Shown one piece after another: positions 37,291 through 51,515 of a DNA stretch of 64,000 nt. The number at the start of each line of letters is the position of its first letter. Within the stretch, counting starts at the first letter, position 1. A program made the position numbers and the translations under genes. The notes beneath the pieces were generated by a model. That model was not told the DNA's origin, did no database searches, and saw only the letters and a program-made list of their open reading frames with translations. The DNA comes from Mytilus trossulus (lineage: Eukaryota). The stretch is from the NCBI RefSeq assembly GCF_036588685.1, contig NC_086379.1:47740001-47804000 (forward strand), written 5' to 3'.

Positions 37291-39472
37291 GATCGTGCCC
37301 TACCAAGATAAGACATGACAGAAACATTGAGGTACTTTAAGAACACTTTGTAATTTATAATGATCACGAAAGGTGATAATATTTTGTTTACGTTTATTTG
37401 TAAATGAATTTAAGTCTTAAACAGTCATTTTGATCTTAATAACATCATCTGAAATGTCCCTAAATTACTCCGAAGACATATTCAGTCTTTTATAGAACTT
37501 AATTATTTGTAAAGTGCACAGCTGAAAATTGAGTACCTTCTCTTATGTCGAAGTGTTGACTCTTTGACAAATTTTCCATTTACATTCTCTTTCTATTTGT
37601 ATTTATTGTTCACATACGGAGGTATGATTTCAACTTTACACTCTTGGTTTTATAGCTCCCTTGTTGGAAGCAACCCTCTATCAAGGAAATCACGATAGGA
37701 AAAACCGTCTGAATTGGGAGATGTATACTCCGTATGCAGCCGCTGATGGAAAGTTAAAAGACTTTATTGAGGAAGCTGGCTTGTCATGTTTTGGATTTTT
37801 TGTCAGATTTTCGGAATCCTCTGGTTTAATCCATTTGAATGCCTTGAAACATTTGCCCGGTGACTTCATTTTTCTTATTGAAATCTTTCACATGTATAAT
37901 GATAAACCATCTGTTAAAGTCTTATAAAATTTTAATTATTTTTAATAGTTTTTGAGAACTTAAACTTGTCAATGATAAAGCTATGAAAAGTCAAAAGAGA
38001 ATATTTTCCCGACAAAATTTCAATGGCTTATTTCTCGAAAACAAGCACGGTGATCTATATATTTTTTTTTACTGTTTGGATTCCTTTATTAGTCCCCTAT
38101 CAATATAAACTAGTGTTTTGAAAAGTTAATTACTGAGAAATTAGTAACCGAGAAGCCAGCTCCGTTAATATGTTTGGCATACGAAGCTAAACAACTTGAT
38201 CAAGTTATTACGTTATACTAAACAACACATTTTTTAAGTACGCCGACAGACCTTTATGTACATACGTGTAAATTTTCATATCAAATACTATTTAGCTCTA
38301 TATATTGTGTAATAGATTTTCTAAGATTAGAACTTTATAATTTTTGGTCAAGTTATTGTACCTAAGAGATGAGTGAGTGTCTAGTTTTCGATTACGATTG
38401 CTATAATAGAACGGTTAAACTTTTCAGTATCATAGGTACAAATTGAGGTCAAGGTATTGCCTTATGTACTTGTCAAAGTTCTTACATGCATTTATGTAAC
38501 TTACTTTGAACAAAGTGGTCAAGTACATTGTATCACATCGCGTGTATACTCTTTGCCATAACAACAACTATTTACATGGCTTGGTTTTAGAAAAATTTAA
38601 TAAAGAATCTCATATATCATGTAGATAGCGAATTTCCTTATTTTTTTTCTAGACTTACAAATCTAGTAAAAAGTAAAATCACAAAAATACTGAACTCAGA
38701 GGAAAATCAATTTGGAAAGTCCATAATCACATGGCAAAATAAAAAAACAAAACGCATCAAAAACGAATGGACAAGAACTGTCATAAAGTAAGTGTTATAA
38801 AAAAATACTTTAGGTTATTTACAAAAGTAGTGCTTTTGGGAAAATAAAAGAAACACATTGCGGGAAAAAGTAATTATCGAAAATTAACTGTCAGATACTA
38901 TCATTAATTCGCCTCTTATTCGCCCTGTGTTTAATTGCATTGTAACGCACCAAAGGCAAAGATAAAATATTTAACAACTGCAATTAAACCATTGTAGTGG
39001 CGTCAGCTTATTAATTTACCGTGGATTATTTTGTCTACGGACTCATGGTTTCTTTTTCAAGAATCAACGCTTATCCATTGTATCTATTATTATATATCAC
39101 ATAATCTTTATGTAATTTCACATATAATTATTATGCAACCTCACTATATTTTTCAAAATTAAATGTGCACTATTTGCTCATGCGAAGGTAATTTCTCAAA
39201 ACTTTATAGGATATGCAGTACAATTATTACAATATTTATCTTACCTCCTTTACATTTCTAGGAATGTGATTGATTTAAAGCGCCCTCGTCGAGAACGTGT
39301 ATATTTAAACCTAACAAGTTGTTATTGTTGGTATCTGTTGGTATATTGTTGGTTTTGTAGAATCAATGGAAGTAGTTTCTGAATGCTAACAGTATTAAAG
39401 ACTTGCTGATTTTGATAGGTCACTAGTCAAAATTTCACACGTTAAGGTAGTCAGTAAGATAAATTCGTTACA

Positions 39473-39608
39473 TAGTGTGATAGTGACCTACATTTGTAAT
39501 ACGGTATATTTGAGGTCAGTAAATTCCATATGGGGATTCGAGCTTCGCTCTCACCACATATGGAATTTACTGACCCCATATATACCGTATTAGGTCACTA
39601 GCACACTA
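39473..39608. mobile_element. Palindromic MITE with TAG..CTA termini
   Basis: tagtgtg.tagtgaccta..aatacggtatat..gtcagtaaattccatatg mirrored; TSD unclear. Confidence 0.8.
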
Positions 39609-40341
39609 TATAAATAATAGTATGTATTTGCACTATTGATGCTCTTCCAGATATTCACGCTAACGTTACTCTTGCTTTCAAATTGGGCAAGATATAAACA
39701 CAAAAAAACATATATTCAACTCTTAATGGAAACTCTTTTTGTGATTGATATTTTATAGATTTCTAAACAAGACGCCGTGAAATGTCCCTTTTTCTATTCT
39801 TTTATAAGCAAGTATTTCTCACACAAGTTTCGAAAGAATATCTGCGTGTTCCAAAGAAGAAATAGGCGAAAACGTATATAATTCGATTTTTTTTTATACT
39901 TTGCAAGTATAATGTCTTGAAATGTTGTTCAGAAAATCCAATCTGTTGCAAAGATATAAACTAAAGTATAATTGTGTTAAATTAATTTCAAAAGCCACGA
40001 GGCTTATCCATGACATGGTTGGATAAAACAGAAAATGATCATGAGACGTTGGATAAATAAGAAGATGAGATGTTCGATAAAAGTCAACAGAAAGTATCAA
40101 GGGTATATAAAAACTCAAAAAGTCTAAAAACAAACGGCAATAGAAAGATTTACGACAAAAGCACAAACAACAGCTAGTCTACATAAAAAAAAACACTAAA
40201 TAATGAACAATTGGGTGTCTAATCTAAGAAGCTCTTGGATAGTAAGAAATTCTATTCCACAAATGACACCCGTGTATTAAAGCGCAAATTCGGTGATAAG
40301 TTCAAGATATGAAAAATATTACTACTAACTAAAAGTAGACA

Positions 40342-40485
40342 CCTGGGGTTGAAGTCATAAAATTTTGCTCAGTGCTCGGAGCACAACAATTGTGCTCGAA
40401 GCATGAAATCGAGCATTTTGCTTGGTTGATTTTGGAATAGGAGTAAAAAAAGCTGACCTAAAAGTTAAATGACTTCAAGGCCTGG
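40342..40485. mobile_element. Short MITE
   Basis: cctggggttgaagtcat / atgacttcaaggcctgg. Confidence 0.55.
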
Positions 40486-42538
40486 ATGATGAATATGGTA
40501 CATGAACCTGTGGCGGAGTGAAATTCATTTGTTTTTCTTTTCATTCTCACTTTTTCTTTAAATTAGCAGAAATACTAACATAGTAGAATATTTCGGCACG
40601 AGCACATTAAAACACAGATACAAATATGATATGTAATCTTACGACACGCATAAACGTGAAGATTATGCCTTATAGATAGGTGCTCAGTGACATTTGATTT
40701 GTATACGTAATAAGGTCATTATTTATGACAAGTATTTGTAACATTTCGTAAGCACATTTCCATTTTTGGCAATATGGTATCAGTAATATTTTTGGTAATT
40801 CACCTTGACCTATTGATTTATATTTACATTTCAATTTTATATCAGTTTCTATTTTTGTTTGCGCAAAAACTGCATACATTTGTACTAAGCAGGTATGTCG
40901 AATTCTCCATGAGGAAAGGGTACGCTAGCCTACGATGCATTATAACTTATAGAATACGAAGAAAATACTTCCCTCCTTTTTTTATTTCATAATTTTCTAT
41001 TGAGCACATACTCGTCTAAATTAACACTTAATCTTGCACTTTTCAAAATGGTACAAGAAAGTAAGAAGTCAACGGGCGAAAAAAAGGATAAGAAAGATTG
41101 ATAAACAGATGCATACATTTCTAGAAACATACAGTAGCTCAACATATAAGGATAGCCAGATTTAACACAACTTTTGTGATGATCTTTTTTCATAATTTCT
41201 CTTAAGCTTTGGAATCGGTTGTGTTTTGATTTGTCAATAGCTATAACGAAACGCATGTCTGTCGTCATACATTATAAGAGGATTGATGAGTTACACAAAG
41301 CAGTAAGATTGATGGATTGATTGTTATTTGCTTAACGTCCAGTGCCAACTATTTCATGCTTAATCAGGACGAGGTAAAATGTACAATAAGTACATCTAGG
41401 TTATATAATAGAGGCAGTCAGTAATGAAGGTGAGGAAAACAAAGACTGTCACTTGCAAAGGAGGGAACATTGGGTGTGAACATAACTTCCGTCTTGCAAC
41501 AGGCCACCCTTGGACTCTTCATAGAATCACAGGACTTTTTAACGTACAGAGATTGAGGCACTCTCTCTACACTCGGTATCGGATTTAACCTCTCCGTGAC
41601 ATCAGTAAGTAGTTTTGATTTCACGTGTTTATCAGTCGTTATTATAAATCAATTTAGCATTAGTGCTTTCACCACATGTAGCAAAGAGGACGTTAGGATT
41701 TACCGCTTCAAAATTATTATCTCGGTTTTTTAAGTGTACTTTTTCATTTTCTATTAAACATTCAGCACGACGCCGTTATTACCAAAATTTCAGAAGGACA
41801 ATTTTACCATGAAAGCTGTGTAGACGTTTTTGTTGATACGTACAGATGTTTAACTTATTTCTTAATATATATACTAAGTATGTAGATTTATATACTAATG
41901 AATTAGTGTTTACTTTAAATTTGAGTTAAAGTATCGGCGTTGTCGTGCGACCTTCTATTTTAAAAGGTCGTTGATAATAAAAAGCCATTTACTGGTTTGA
42001 AAACTGACAGGAAAACAGAAGACTATTTTGTAATGTTTTTTTTATGTTGTTGTCTTATTGATGCTTACATTGCATACACGTATGTTTTTTTCATACATGA
42101 CAACAATTGTGAGTAGAGATAAAGACAATGTTCAAAGATCTTATAACAATGTACAAAATTTAAACCTTGACAACTTTTGTTCAAAGGACCACAAGGATAT
42201 CATTGATTATTTACATCATGATTTACCAGCTCTTTCAACAACCTCTTCGAGTTTTTATATCACATTTGTTTTAAAATTCATATACATAAGTATAGACACA
42301 TGAAGTCTAGAGTCAAAATTCAAAACCAAAATGTTGAAATCTTTGTAAGAATTTGATAAATTTTCGTACAATCAACGACTTTAGTTTTAATTTGTCAGTA
42401 AATCTTAAGTATCAATTCCTTGTATAGCAATTTAGGAATTTAATCAGTTGTAAATTAACCTCTACAAATGTCAATTTATCTTGAAAGAAGCCAAACTATT
42501 TATCAAATGAAATTTATTTTAAGATGCGGCATTAGAAT

Positions 42539-42703
42539 GGAGATAACTGTATTGTATTTTAAGCTTGGCCTTCGTAAAACTTGATTTTACTGTCGCAAAT
42601 ATCCGTTTACATCTCCGCTCCGCGTCGCTAGGTAAACTCAATTTGCGACAGTAAAATCTACGTTTTACGAAGGCCAAGCTTAAAATACAATACAGTTATC
42701 TCC
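42539..42703. mobile_element. Palindromic MITE (GG..CC termini, Kolobok-like); partial sibling at 63934-64000
   Basis: ~60-bp TIR ggagataactgtattgtattttaagcttggccttcgtaaaac.. Confidence 0.85.
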
Positions 42704-45103
42704 TAATTTACATAGTCGTAACTTTATAAACAGATCCTGATCAATTGCACTTTTTTTTTTTAAACTTTTCTTCTCATTGAAAATAATAGTTTTAAGAGTG
42801 TACAGCATTTGGTAATAATTACCGTTAATCTTTTTTCATGCTAGGTCGTTTCAGTTTGATTTGTTTTAAAATTATCTGATTTGATCAAATGAAAATGTAA
42901 TTATGTACATTTGTGAGTTCTTCCAGTATCCTTTTTTTTTATAATAACACTAAGACAATAACAAGACTTGTACAGAATCCCCTCCAAGTTCGCCAATAGA
43001 CACCATTGTGTTTCTGGTCTGGTGTCTTATTAGGCGAGCGCCGATTTGAGAAAAAGCCTCTCGTTAAGGTTTTCAATGCACCTATCTAACACACAGCTAA
43101 TTTTGGTATCGATTGAAAGAAATACTTCTCGTGCATACGATTTGGGTGGTCGTCAAAGTTCCCTATGGCCACGTTTCTTGCAAATCTCACGAGAACACAG
43201 ATATGTCGAAATACTTTGGATTATACGGTGACATTTAACATTGAATATATCGACATTGTTGTAAATATATTATTCATTTTTACCGAAGATATTTTGACTA
43301 CATTCTAAAAAGACATCGAATCCAAAAAAAAAAGAATATTTTATGAATAATTAGTTAATTCAGAGGATTAATTTGTCAGACCAACCCTAAAATGTAAAAT
43401 AAAACTATTTTTTAAAATTGTCAGGGTCAATGATTGATTAAAACTCCCATATGTTTTATTTGTATAAATTCCATATACCTTGAAAAGATTGCGACACACA
43501 TCGAAGCTCAATGATGGATAATAAATCTTTGCCGACTTCTCTTAAATCTGCATTATTAAACGGCATTCCGGATATGTATCGTGTTTATCCCAGACGCTCA
43601 AAATGTATATAAATCGAGTATCTAATATGCACAAGAACATTTGAGTTGCCAAAATACAAGTCGTGTTTTAACATATTACTAAATAAATATTCGTATATAT
43701 GTTGCCGAAAGACCATTTTAAGCATTACTAACGATATTGAAGATTCACCGTTAAAATCAGTTGAAACGGGAAGAACTAAAATGAAGATATTTGTTGAGTC
43801 ATCTCTATCAACAGACAAGGCAAGTAGCATTAACTTTCCCATCCAAAGATCAGGACTAGAGACCTTTGCAGATGTGATCCCAAAGTACAAGTAAAATGCA
43901 AATCTGGGCAAGTTGTAAAAGGTCACTTGAATCCTGAGCTTGTGTTTAGACGTGCACTATCTCTAACTAAATGTAAAGATGACGTATCTGTTGAAACTGT
44001 TTTGTCCTATCCAATTTGTCCCGTTCCCACTGCATTATTTCATGACGATGGAACTATGAGGACGACAAATAAGTCTGATCTTGCCCATGAATTGGAAAAT
44101 TCAGTAGGATCAATCCCTAACATTCCTCCATTCGACCACAGTACTACCGTACTAATAAGAGATGGCATGAGCTCAGTTCAGTCATTTGATGTTAAAAGGA
44201 TCTCCAAATGTGGAGACTTGGCTAAATCTTACATTATGCAGGTACAATCATGCTTCCAAATTAATGGGCAAGGTTGTTGATGTTGATCTCTTAACACTAA
44301 ACACTCCATAAAATCAACAGAGCGACATAGACGATCGGCAACAACAACTACGCAAAAAGTTTATAATATCGCTGAAGGCCGAACTGTTCCAGGCTGGAAA
44401 AAAATCCATCAAACATAAAAAAAAACAAGCAAGCTCTGGTTACTTTCCTTGGTGATTATCTACGCAGCAATTTGTCTGATATGTTCCAGGAGGAAAATAA
44501 ATGTTTAGTTCCTGCCGGTGCATTTTACAATCCAGAAATAGTGCGACAACTCTCTAATGAGCATGAAATCGGTCTCCTAGACCTTTTCTGTTTGCACGGA
44601 GAAGCATACGCAAGAATTTTTCTTCATGTTATACACTCTAATAAAACCTAGTCGTTGAATAGAAGGGGACGAATCATAGTCAAGTGTTTTGATACAGATG
44701 TGCTTGTGCTCTGTGCTCATTGTTTCAAGGTCCTTGTGTCGACTGAACAAATGTGGGTTTTGACGGGGTCAACTAATTCTCTTAGAGACGGTAGAAGGTA
44801 CATACCAATCCATGAGTTAAGTAAATCTCTTTTACCTTTACTAGCTAACATTCTTCCTTCAGTTCATGCTTTAACTGGTTATGACACCATTTCTGGCTAT
44901 ATTTGGGTTCGGCAAAAAGACTGTATTCAAGTTGATAAAAAAAATCTCCGAATAAGTTTACAAATCTCCAAAACTTTGACAATTAAGATTGATTTTTCCA
45001 CATCGTTGTCAGCAGCCAGAGAGCTTATTTCTAGCTTGTATGACCCAAAAGACAACTTCACTTCATTACATGTTGACTTGAACCTGCAACGTGTTAAACT
45101 TGC

Positions 45104-46352
45104 AAAAGAGGAACGAAAGATACTAGAGGGACAGTCAAAGGGTGCACTTGTTTCTAGTAAGCCGGTCATGCGCCGGTCATGTGAACGGTGTACGCCTATT
45201 TGTGCGAGAAACAAGTGGAACGGCTTATATACCGGCAAATCTAACATGGCTGCTCAAGGACCATTACTACCAGCTATAATAGGTAATGGCCTATTCCAGC
45301 TGTTTGAGGACGATGAAGAAGGAAAATTGCAACTATATCTCTAACAGACTGAATTGTGATATTTTTATTAAACGTTCGCAACTTAACCCTAGTTTTTGGT
45401 GGGGTTCGTGTTGTTTTTTCTTTAATTTTCTATGTTGTGTCATGTGTACTATTGTTTTTCTGTTTGTCTGTTTCATTTTAATCATGGTGTTGTCAGTTTG
45501 TTTTAGATTTATGAGTTTGACTGTCCCTTTGGTATCTTTCGTCCTTCTTTTAACAAAAACGTTCTCAAGAGCGAGATAGCATTGATATACGTTGATAACT
45601 TATTAACAATTAACAACAGGATAAATATGATAATACTAATAACAATACATAATTTATTTATAAAGGGTGACTACAATGAGTTACGAAAAACGAAATATTT
45701 TATTAAAGTAAGCTCAATTATGAACAAATACTTATCTTCCCTGAAACCTCGGCAATTCTAGTACAGTATAAAAATACACATGTTAGTTTGTTTAGTTAGG
45801 TTTTATGCCGTTTCAGCGCATTTTGGCTACTTCGCGATGATTTATAATAGTTTTAAATGCACAAATTCGGTTCTAACAACAGTCGGCCATGTTTTTCGCC
45901 GCTTAGCCGGTCAAATCAAACCGGCTCGAGCGGCGTAAGCCGGGCATGCGCAGTGCAAAATATTTTTACAAACAAGTGTCATGCCGGTTTGCCGACGGCT
46001 AACGGCGTAAGCCGTTTGCTAGAAACAAGTCCCACCAAACTCATAAATCAAAGATAAAATGACAACGCCATGGCTAAAAATGAAAAAGACAAAAAGACAA
46101 ACAGGGAAACAATGTACACATGACACAACATAAAAAACTATAGAATAAACAACACGACCATTTCCAAAAACTAGGGGTGATCTCAGGTGCTCCGGGATGG
46201 TAAGCAGATCCTGCTCCATGTGTGGCACCCGTCGTGTTGCTTATGTGATAAAAAATCCGGTAAATAGTCTAATTCGGTAGGTCACATTCATGAATAGAAA
46301 GGGAAGGGGATTGTAGTTATCACGTAAGGAAAATATCCGATATCTTTTGCGA
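45104..46352 (+). repeat. Abundant interspersed repeat inserted in the Academ and itself split by a MITE
   Basis: aaaagaggaacgaaagatac..cagtcaaa|..|ctcataaatc.. rejoins into the same sequence found inverted at 45385-45551; a related copy lies at ~34020-34190. Confidence 0.7.
45140..46036. mobile_element. Non-autonomous TIR element (PIF/Harbinger-like) with AAA TSD
   Basis: TIRs gggtgcacttgtttctag / ctagaaacaagtcccacc, flanked by aaa on both sides. Confidence 0.7.
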
Positions 46353-48429
46353 ACATGTTTTGTGGTCATTTCTTCAAACGAAAATTTGGATGTCCTCACA
46401 TCTCGATAACCCAAATCCTTTGTGTCCTAATGAATACGGATGGAAAAGACCTGGATCCAGTCTACTTTCAAGGCATGATGACGTCCGAATTCCTGCAATA
46501 TGTAATATGTTCTTGCAAGAGGAAATATATATGTAACAAGTCACGTATTTGCCAAGAGCAGCCGATGTCTTGCACTGAGCGTTGTCCATGTCAGGGTAGT
46601 GATACCTGCCAAAATATATATTCTAAAGAGGACATCAACCTCGATGATCAAATGAATGACGATGATGAAGATGAAAACGATACCGTTGACTAATAGCGAA
46701 AGAGCATTTGAGGAAAGGGGCAACATAAAGTTGTATTTGCCTCACTGTTATTCAATGTAAATATGTATATTATTATTAATTTTGTGTTTTGTAACAAACA
46801 AAAGCTTGCTCAACATTGACGGGGTTTTGAAGCTTAAAACAATTAAATAATAATGTACATGTATCTATAACTGTCGAACTAACAGGAGACCACAATAACA
46901 TATATTTTTAACTGTGCTGTAAACATGGTAAATATGCGCTTAAAGCAGTTTTACGATATGTTTTAATATACTAGTTTTATCAATATTTTGTCGGTATAAA
47001 AAAAAACATGCTAGGGAAAGACATTAGAGCTTAAAAACCTAGTTATATATGTTATCAATATAAAACCAATAGAATTTGTGTGTTTTCGGAGCTATATTTA
47101 TTATCACCGAGCGTTTTGCGTCAATATCGTAAAAAATATGATTTTCAAAAAAATACGAGAATTTTTCATTTTAAACACTTTTTTTAAATTTTATTTCAGA
47201 AACAAAAATTATAATGACTATAGTTAATCAAATGATATATTTCATATTATATTGCAGTTGAATTTGTTTTTTTAACTGCATTTTTCGAACAATATCGTCA
47301 AACTATGACCTATAATGTTATCCCCTTTTTGCCGTTTTTCGAAAAATGTGACCATTTCCCAATTTGACGACCAGGCAATTCTGAATGTACGATAAAACAC
47401 CTTTCAAATGATATATCATATAGCCGTGTGTTAGGTACAGGTAGGTACATTAAAAAGCCTCCGAATCCTTGTTTTGGCGCTCGCCTATATTGAAGTACAC
47501 TCCATTCAAATCAGACGTAGTGCAACTGTTAAACCACCAAGCGCATGCGTAATAAGTACTCACGTCTGTAGCACAATTTGACTTGAAATTGTCATTGTCC
47601 ATGTCTTTAGTCGAAAAGGCGTTGCCATTATGGTGTGACAAGCTGTTTCCCTACAGAATGTAATTGCAAACTTATTATTTGTTTAAAATGAATATGTTAA
47701 GCTGATATTATGCAATTAATTAAAGCCGTTGAATGAGGTCGGCACGAATTTCATCGATATACTTTTGTAAAGTTAAAAGATCGAAAATTACAGTTAGATT
47801 TTCAATTTTACTATAGTATTTCGAAATTTTTCTTTTCAATATATGTTTTATGTTGAATGCTTATAAATAACATTATGTCAATAAAAGTGGATTTTTATTT
47901 AATGACTATGCAATACGAATAAACATATTCTTGATTTTGATATTCGTTCCTTTTCATTAATTAAAAGCATCTAGAATGATTGGTTTATTGTTGCTTGTGC
48001 AACATCAAGTGATAAATAGTTCATGCATATATATAGGAATTAATTCAAAACAATCAAGGCACAGTCATTGATACATGCTTACATGTATACATTTTTGTGT
48101 AGCTATGTGAAAATTACCTCATCCGGGACTAAAGAACAGTGAAGAAGTTTGAACTGCCAGCGAAAATGAGAGAGTTTTTGGACTAATCAAGACGAGATAT
48201 TTTGTATTTTAAAGCAATATCCGGAAACCTTTTATCTCAAGGATATTTATGTGCAGGACGGGATAAGCTCAGTTATGAATTTCTTTACTCAAAGCAAACT
48301 TTCAATTTATTTCATTATGTGTTCAAATAAAACATAAAGAATCGATTACACTGCTCAATATAATTTTACTTACTTTTTACATGTAGTTATTTACATGTGC
48401 ACAAGCGTGGATGTATTGAGATATCGTAT

Positions 48430-48620
48430 ATATAGTGGGTTATTTTCGAATGAAATTTTTCGCGGATAGAACAAAATCACTAAAATAAATTCCGCCAAAT
48501 TAAAAATGTTTATGCAAAGGTATGTTTTGATGCAACTTTTGAATCTGACAAAATATTTCGTAAACCTTATTCAAGGAAAATCGCGAAATTATGCATGCGC
48601 GAAAATGACCCACTATACGG
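48430..48620. mobile_element. MITE, probably TA-targeting
   Basis: tatagtgggttattttcg / cgaaaatgacccactatacgg|ta. Confidence 0.6.
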
Positions 48621-51310
48621 TATTCCGTTTTTACCAAACCTCGGGTTGAGACACAGTAATACTGTCCCCATGTGAACGTTTGAAGGACCATTCCAAATGT
48701 GAGAAAAAGAAACACACACGGATAAAGTTACAAGGCTTTGAAAACTGAGGAACCATTAGGAAAGATTTTCTTTTACTTGACATTCAGTATTAAACCCATT
48801 TGTTTCAACTTGTCGGGTCTTGCACTCATTTATAAGTCAGATTCGCAACAAGCATTTTATTTTGTGTTTTATTTTGTCACTGTATTTATAACTGTTTTTT
48901 TTTATTTTTTGCATATTATTATTATACACTTTGAATGATTTACAAAAACATAGATACATGTATATGGAATTTTGCCTACGAGACAACTACATTTGTATAT
49001 CCACCGGGTATACCTATTTTGTCATGTGACCGTGACGTCGTCAACGTTTTTTCGTGATTTTCTTCGTCTGATAATTGAATTATAAATTTAACTGATATAA
49101 CTTTTCTGTCTATTTGAAATAACATAAAAAAATGTGATTTTAAAAAAAATCGCTACGCGGGTTATAATGAATATTCAGTGCGCACCACATTTTGTATGTT
49201 ATTTCGTCATTGACAGAAATAAATATTAGTCATTTCTGAAACATATAACTTGAGTAGAGTGTTTGACTTTATTTCAATTGATCTCCTAGCTACTTGAATA
49301 GTCTTGTACCTTTTACGTCTTATAAAACCATCACAAATGCACTGTTATGTAAATATGATAAAAGGAAGTACAGAACATGTAAATAAAATATGGCGCATGA
49401 AATCAACACATCAAACAGAATTTGTTGATATTTGTTGTTATAAATTACTATTTTAAAGCATAATAAACGGTATTATATAATAAATTACACATCCTACACA
49501 TATATATAAAATGCACAACTAGACATTATGATAAAGTGGAGCACATCACAATCATTTTATTGAAATCATAGCGGAGGAAAACTTAGTTCCTTACACATAC
49601 AAAAAACTATTTGTTAAATCATTTATATTTTATTGGTATTTTATATCGTGTTTTCGTTGGATAAATTGAGATATTATAATTCTAATAAAAAGGCCTCGAG
49701 ACGTGCATTTTGTGATATTTCTCGCATTTACGGTCTTTTCAATAAAGCCACATTGTGAAGGTAAGTTTTTATTTGCTTGTAAAATATTTAATTCTTTATT
49801 TAAATATAAGGAGATGTGGCATTAATGTCAACGAGACATACTACTACCCATCAAACACCTAAAAATAAGGACAGGAACATCTTGAATTAAACTCATCTTA
49901 TATTCAACAAGAACTATCTTTAAAAAAGATATCCGACGTATTTTTAGAGTATATGTTTAAAACTATCATTTCGATAACCTTCAGAAGCACAATGACTTAA
50001 TGATGCAGGACCTCTTTAATAAAATCTCCAGCTGAATGTAACTACAAGAAATTCTTTACTAAGTCTGGTTATATTAAGGCAATTATATATATAAGAATAT
50101 TGTGATGACACCTAAAAATTGTATTTGTCTAAAAATGCAGTGAAAATAACAAGAAACAAATATACATTTACTACTGTTTACATTAAACTTAATTCATGGT
50201 TAACAAAGCTAGAATCTATTGGAAGTATAAGTAGTATCTTTCTGTTTACATTCACATAAACCCCTCGGAAATCTCACATGCGTAGGTGCGTTCGTACAAC
50301 AAAGTTTACATTAAAAATTATATAATTGTCCCAAATAAACAGCTGGCATGGATGAAAAGAGCTATTATTGGAGAAACAATTATTTTAATAAAAATATAAA
50401 TCTTTGTAACATCTAGTCCAAATATTTATAGTTTTTCACTTGCTTTCCATCGCGATATAATTTTTAAGACGTTTTTTTCAAACACAACCAAATCACCAAC
50501 CATGACAGCATTTTGTCCAATCACGGAAAGGATTTTAGAGCATGCGTTTTCTGTTGCCATAGTTAAGCGTCCTTAAGTTCAAAGGGCACAAACCGAAACT
50601 ATACCGACTACGTCGGAAAAATATGCAAAACGCGGTACTTGCACCGTATAATATATAGCTATAATTGATTCTAGATGTCACGGTTTTTAACATTTATTTT
50701 GATCTTAAAGATACATGTAGGTTGGATTTCTTCTTGCACATCTGTACTTGTTCATGAAATATTTGCTACTGGACTTTGCAAAAACAGCTAATCAAATGGC
50801 AAAGAGATCCTGAGATTTGAATGATTGCATGATGTCTTTGTGAGCATTCATTTGATCTCAGTCAAGTAGGGGACTGTGGTTTCTGTTATAATAATCAGAA
50901 CTGATATTCGTTTTCGCGCTAAGCGCGAACCATTTTATTTAGTTTTTCAACGCTATCAATCAATTTATATTTGTCAAACTTTTATCAGTATAAGATATGA
51001 GACATGAATACAAAATATTGTTCTTTGTCGTCTATTTGAAAAGATTATTTTTATCAAAGTGAAAATCAGAATATCTTGTTTAAGAAAATAAACAACACCC
51101 ACCCCGTTTAAAGTTATATGTCGCTCCTTTAGAGCATAAGCACATATTGCGTCTTGTTTACACGACATTTACAGTTTAAACAAGCATTATGTATCTCGTT
51201 TATGGACACGATGGAAAGGAACAATCTAGTATGTCAAAGAAGCAAACACTTTACATCAGTTTCGTGTTCGAAAGTATCAGTTACATTTCATTATCTGCAA
51301 TGACAGTTTA

Positions 51311-51515
51311 CTGTGAATTCATTTATTTTCGTGGATTCCCATTTTCGTTGATTAGGTAACATTTGCACGTGGATATTTAATTTCGTGATTTTGATGAAGT
51401 CTTCATATAAGCCAATAGAAAATTTTGTCATTCGTTGATCATTTTATTACGTTGATCACCTGTAACCACGAAATCCACGAAAATTGGTATCCATATAAAT
51501 TTAATGAATCCACAG
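51311..51515. mobile_element. Tc1/mariner-like MITE with TA TSD
   Basis: ta|ctgtgaattcatt..aatgaatccacag|ta; related fragment at ~680-760. Confidence 0.75.

Larger units (their letters stand above)
43500..46693 (+). pseudogene. Academ protein remnant (XPG-like nuclease plus Cys8-type zinc finger), many frameshifts and stops
   Basis: ORF pieces 43646-43894, 43927-44280, 44655-45100 and 46355-46693 carry successive motifs in order. Confidence 0.8.
43031..47487 (+). mobile_element. Degenerate, internally deleted Academ (AcademX-type) DNA transposon
   Basis: Termini TAGGCGAGCGCC..GGCGCTCGCCTA, long imperfect TIR (~150 bp), 3-bp TSD TAT. Frameshifted XPG/PIN-like remnants (PVPTALF, DGM..VQ, DTDVLVL, HALTGYDT, Q..IW..P..YGW) and a C-terminal Cys-rich finger. 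Confidence 0.85.
42955..47650 (-). pseudogene. Fibrinogen-related domain (FReD) terminal exon split by an Academ insertion; halves 47488-47650 and ~42955-43030
   Basis: Removing 43031-47490 restores an open frame GNSLSHHNGNAFSTKDMDND..NCA..WWFNSC..DLNGVYFNKTPDQKHNGVYWRTWRGF..SL. No upstream FReD exons were found. Confidence 0.85.

Noticed and set aside
44655-45344. 229-aa ORF as a functional gene
   Set aside because: It is a chimera of a decayed Academ frame reading into inserted repeats after ~45100.
47450-47641. Standalone FReD mini-gene
   Set aside because: It is half of an exon, and its last residues derive from the transposon TIR.
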